Below the pieces are notes generated by a model that ran no database searches, had not been told where the DNA came from, and saw only the letters and a program-made list of their open reading frames with translations. A DNA stretch of 64,000 nt from an uncultured Planktomarina sp. Lineage in GTDB: Bacteria > Pseudomonadota > Alphaproteobacteria > Puniceispirillales > Marisalimonadaceae. Made by a program: the position numbers and the translations under genes. Each line of letters starts with the position of its first letter. The first letter of the stretch is position 1. Below are positions 62,209-64,000 of the stretch, one piece after another. The stretch lies in the NCBI GenBank assembly GCA_905181795.1, contig CAJIZD010000005.1, positions 7,721-71,720 of the forward strand, in the 5' to 3' direction.

Positions 62209-62683
62209 GTTGAGTGGGAGTGATTGAAGTAATTGATTTTGTTAATAAATTATTATAAATCAAATAAATTTGAAAGGATAAATTGTTAGTGGATAGTTTA
62301 GTTAATTCAATTTTTAGGTTTTTTTTACCATCAGAAATCTCTTTAAAAAGTGAAAAAATTTTAAAGAATATTGCTCTAATGCTTGGTATACTTAGTGCTA
62401 TAGCAATTATTTTTGATTGGTATCCATTAACTATGTTTTTGTCTTTTCCATTTTGTTTAATTTGGATTTACTGTGCTTGGTTACATACCGAACCTCAATT
62501 AAAATGGGTTAACTTGATTTTTCTCTTAATTTATAGTTATGGCATTACACGGTATTTTTTAGGAGTGTAAAATTTATTGTTTTACTATAATAATTTAGAG
62601 TTTCAAAGTAGTTTCATACTTTTATAATAGATCTTGAATAAACAACACTGACGTACAGTACTCGTATTATTGAGTGGGAGTAG
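62194..62683 (+). repeat. three copies of the guaA 3' end (TTGAGTGGGAGT), att-like direct repeats
   Basis: Copies at 62195-62208 (inside guaA), 62210-62223 and 62670-62681. Confidence 0.8.
62283..62570 (+). CDS. small hypothetical membrane protein (about 3 TMs)
   Basis: Hydrophobic 95-aa ORF with SD AAGGA, lying between att-like copies. Confidence 0.65.
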   Translation: MLVDSLVNSIFRFFLPSEISLKSEKILKNIALMLGILSAIAIIFDWYPLTMFLSFPFCLIWIYCAWLHTEPQLKWVNLIFLLIYSYGITRYFLGV

Positions 62684-62844
62684 TTATTATAGTGTAAGTT
62701 ATTGATTTAATTATATTAATTACTTACACATTTGTTTCACATAAAAAATCAATCGTTGATTTAATTGAAGTTTTCTCGTACAGTTACACAGAATGTTGCA
62801 CAAACGTGTGACTACTGAAAATCATAGTAACTCTGCGAGCAAAC

Positions 62845-62952
62845 TTGGCACTTAAAAAACAAAACTTTGCTGAAGGCGAAATAGCAATATTTGATGAAGC
62901 TTGTGTGTACAAGCGAGGCGAGTATTGGCAGTTTCGCTTGTGGTTGCCTTGA
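62845..62952 (+). pseudogene. N-terminal stub of a tyrosine integrase
   Basis: TTG-start frame MALKKQNFAEGEIAIFDEACVYKRGEYWQFRLWLP* resembles an integrase arm-binding N-terminus (YKR...WQ.R.W) and lies next to the att-like site. Family assignment is from recall. Confidence 0.5.
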
Positions 62953-63093
62953 TGACTGACTGGCATAGTGAGGCGCTGTGCAAATACTTTTGTCTAATTA
63001 CAACACACAGCACTAGACGTAGAAAAAACGTGCTTCCCAACCTTTCCCAAAATCTATATGATGACACAGACACTTATTCAAAGGAGATGTGTG

Positions 63094-63270
63094 ATGAAAT
63101 CATATGACGAACTTAAAGCTGAAATGGAAACTATCCAGCAGCAGATGGTTGAAGCTAAGAAGAACGAACGTGCTAACGCACTCAAAGAAGTGAAGCGTCT
63201 TTGCAAAGAGTTTGGCTTTACTGCTGGGATGCTTAAAGGTTCATTGGCTGAAGGACGGAAGAAGAAATGA
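63094..63270 (+). CDS. H-NS-like protein, N-terminal oligomerisation domain only
   Basis: MKSYDELKAEME.IQQQM.EAKKNER..AL.EVK.LCKEFGFTA pattern. SD AAGGAG. No C-terminal TW.G.GR.P DNA-binding motif. Confidence 0.65.
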   Translation: MKSYDELKAEMETIQQQMVEAKKNERANALKEVKRLCKEFGFTAGMLKGSLAEGRKKK

Positions 63271-63664
63271 AATTCTCAGAAATTGAACTTCCTTCCAATC
63301 GAAAATTTGGGTTTTTCTTTACATTCGTCTTTGCAGTGCTGGCAGCCTATTTCTATTCACTCAGCAATGTAACTTGGGCATATGTATTTATTGCAGCAGC
63401 ATTGATATTTCTGCTTGTCACGCTGATAAAGAGCGATGCACTTCTACCTCTAACAAGCTATGGATGCGTTTTGGGCTCCTACTTGGCATGATAGTAAGCC
63501 CAATCGTACTTGGGATTATCTTCTTTGGCTTGTTCACACCAATTGCAATGTTGATGCGTCTAAGTGGACGCGATGAGTTGCGTTTAAAGTATGCTCAGAA
63601 AGTAAGTCACTGGATTTCACGCTGCGAACCAATCAAATCTGAATCATTCAAACACCAGTTTTAA
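63267..63664 (+). CDS. SxtJ-family membrane protein, split by a probable sequencing frameshift near 63450
   Basis: PSNRKFG, L.PLNKLWMRFGLLLG.IVSPIVLG and final F..QF motifs. Confidence 0.8.
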
Positions 63665-63678
63665 TAAAGGCTAATCAA

Positions 63679-63828
63679 ATGGAATTTTTAAAAGAACTTT
63701 GGGCATTCTTACGTGTACGTAAAAAACTATGGCTTGCTCCCATCATTATCGTAATGTTGATTCTTGGAGGCTTGCTGATACTTGCGCAAGGTTCTGTAGT
63801 AGCGCCTTTCATATACACACTCTTTTAG
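63679..63828 (+). CDS. SxtK-like (DUF5989) small membrane protein
   Basis: Manual translation MEFLKELWAFLRVRKKLWLAPIIIVMLILGGLLILAQGSVVAPFIYTLF. Below the ORF-track size cutoff. Confidence 0.85.
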   Translation: MEFLKELWAFLRVRKKLWLAPIIIVMLILGGLLILAQGSVVAPFIYTLF

Positions 63829-63837
63829 GAATTGCGC

Positions 63838-64000
63838 ATGTATATCTTAGGTATTTCTGCCTTTTATCACGACAGCGCTGCATGCTTGCTTAAAGATGGT
63901 GAGATTATTGCTGCAGCACAAGAAGAGCGCTTTACTCGTAAGAAGCACGATGCTGGCTTCCCTACTCATGCAATTCAGTATTGCTTAAAAGAGGCTGGAA
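63838..64000 (+). CDS. O-carbamoyltransferase (NodU/CmcH/SxtI family), N-terminus, runs off window
   Basis: MYILGISAFYHDSAACLLKDGEIIAAAQEERFTRKKHD. Confidence 0.9.
   Translation, partial: MYILGISAFYHDSAACLLKDGEIIAAAQEERFTRKKHDAGFPTHAIQYCLKEAG

Larger units (their letters stand above)
62669..64000. mobile_element. left end of a genomic island integrated at guaA
   Basis: att-like repeat, integrase stub, H-NS fragment, and visibly higher GC with different codon usage after about 62780. Confidence 0.7.

Noticed and set aside
62784-63107. ORFs 62784..62966, 62852..63073 and 62901..63107
   Set aside because: They overlap the integrase stub and island-end DNA and have no recognisable protein features.
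255-63664. Split genes (SDR, dctP, hyuB, tauE, RND adaptor and permease, guaA, sxtJ) as pseudogenes or programmed frameshifts
   Set aside because: The breaks are 1-nt indels, mostly in homopolymers, and they also hit the normally essential guaA while the flanking protein sequence is undecayed. Long-read error is the simpler explanation. Polishing with short reads would settle it.
63267-64000. Saxitoxin biosynthesis
   Set aside because: Only sxtI/J/K-like genes are visible. These are widespread outside toxin clusters, and no sxtA/sxtG-type core genes are in the window.
1-64000. tRNA, rRNA or known metabolite riboswitches (e.g. a purine riboswitch before xdhA or guaB)
   Set aside because: Intergenic regions are short and AT-rich, and no cloverleaf or riboswitch consensus was recognisable by eye. 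An Infernal/tRNAscan run would be needed to exclude them formally.

Overview
AT-rich chromosomal window, most likely from a streamlined marine alphaproteobacterium (inferred from gene content: xdhAB, puuD, TRAP, DUF1127, DUF1489, mgtE). Eight otherwise intact genes are split by 1-nt indels, mostly in homopolymers, which looks like uncorrected long-read error rather than real pseudogenes. Layout: (1) 1-2.7 kb: IclR/SDR/DAD-like cupin/Ldh_2 cassette. (2) 2.7-26.8 kb: a large purine-catabolism region (xdhAB, NCS2 permease, 8-oxoguanine deaminase, uraH-puuD-hydA-alc-allA, uraD) extended by a DapA-like aldolase, two racemase-fold proteins lacking the full Cys pair, a PuuE paralog, a TRAP system, a hydantoinase/oxoprolinase AB pair and a cytoplasmic BisC-like Mo enzyme. 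(3) 26.8-39.9 kb: glyoxylate/malonate and assorted catabolic genes. (4) 39.9-42.2 kb: a DUF1127 gene followed by a three-hairpin anti-Shine-Dalgarno ('cuckoo'-type) sRNA, divergent from an orphan three-gene MotA/ExbB-ExbD-like membrane cassette, which is the best candidate for an undescribed system. (5) A TrpR-TrpE-TrpG cassette atypical for alphaproteobacteria. (6) Housekeeping genes (mgtE, RND pump, hisI, rlmE, guaB, rsmB-like, guaA). (7) From the guaA 3' end: repeated att-like copies, an integrase stub, an N-terminal-only H-NS and an sxtJ/sxtK/carbamoyltransferase-like trio that open a genomic island running off the window. No rRNA, tRNA or CRISPR array was seen. Family assignments come from motif recognition by eye, not from database searches.
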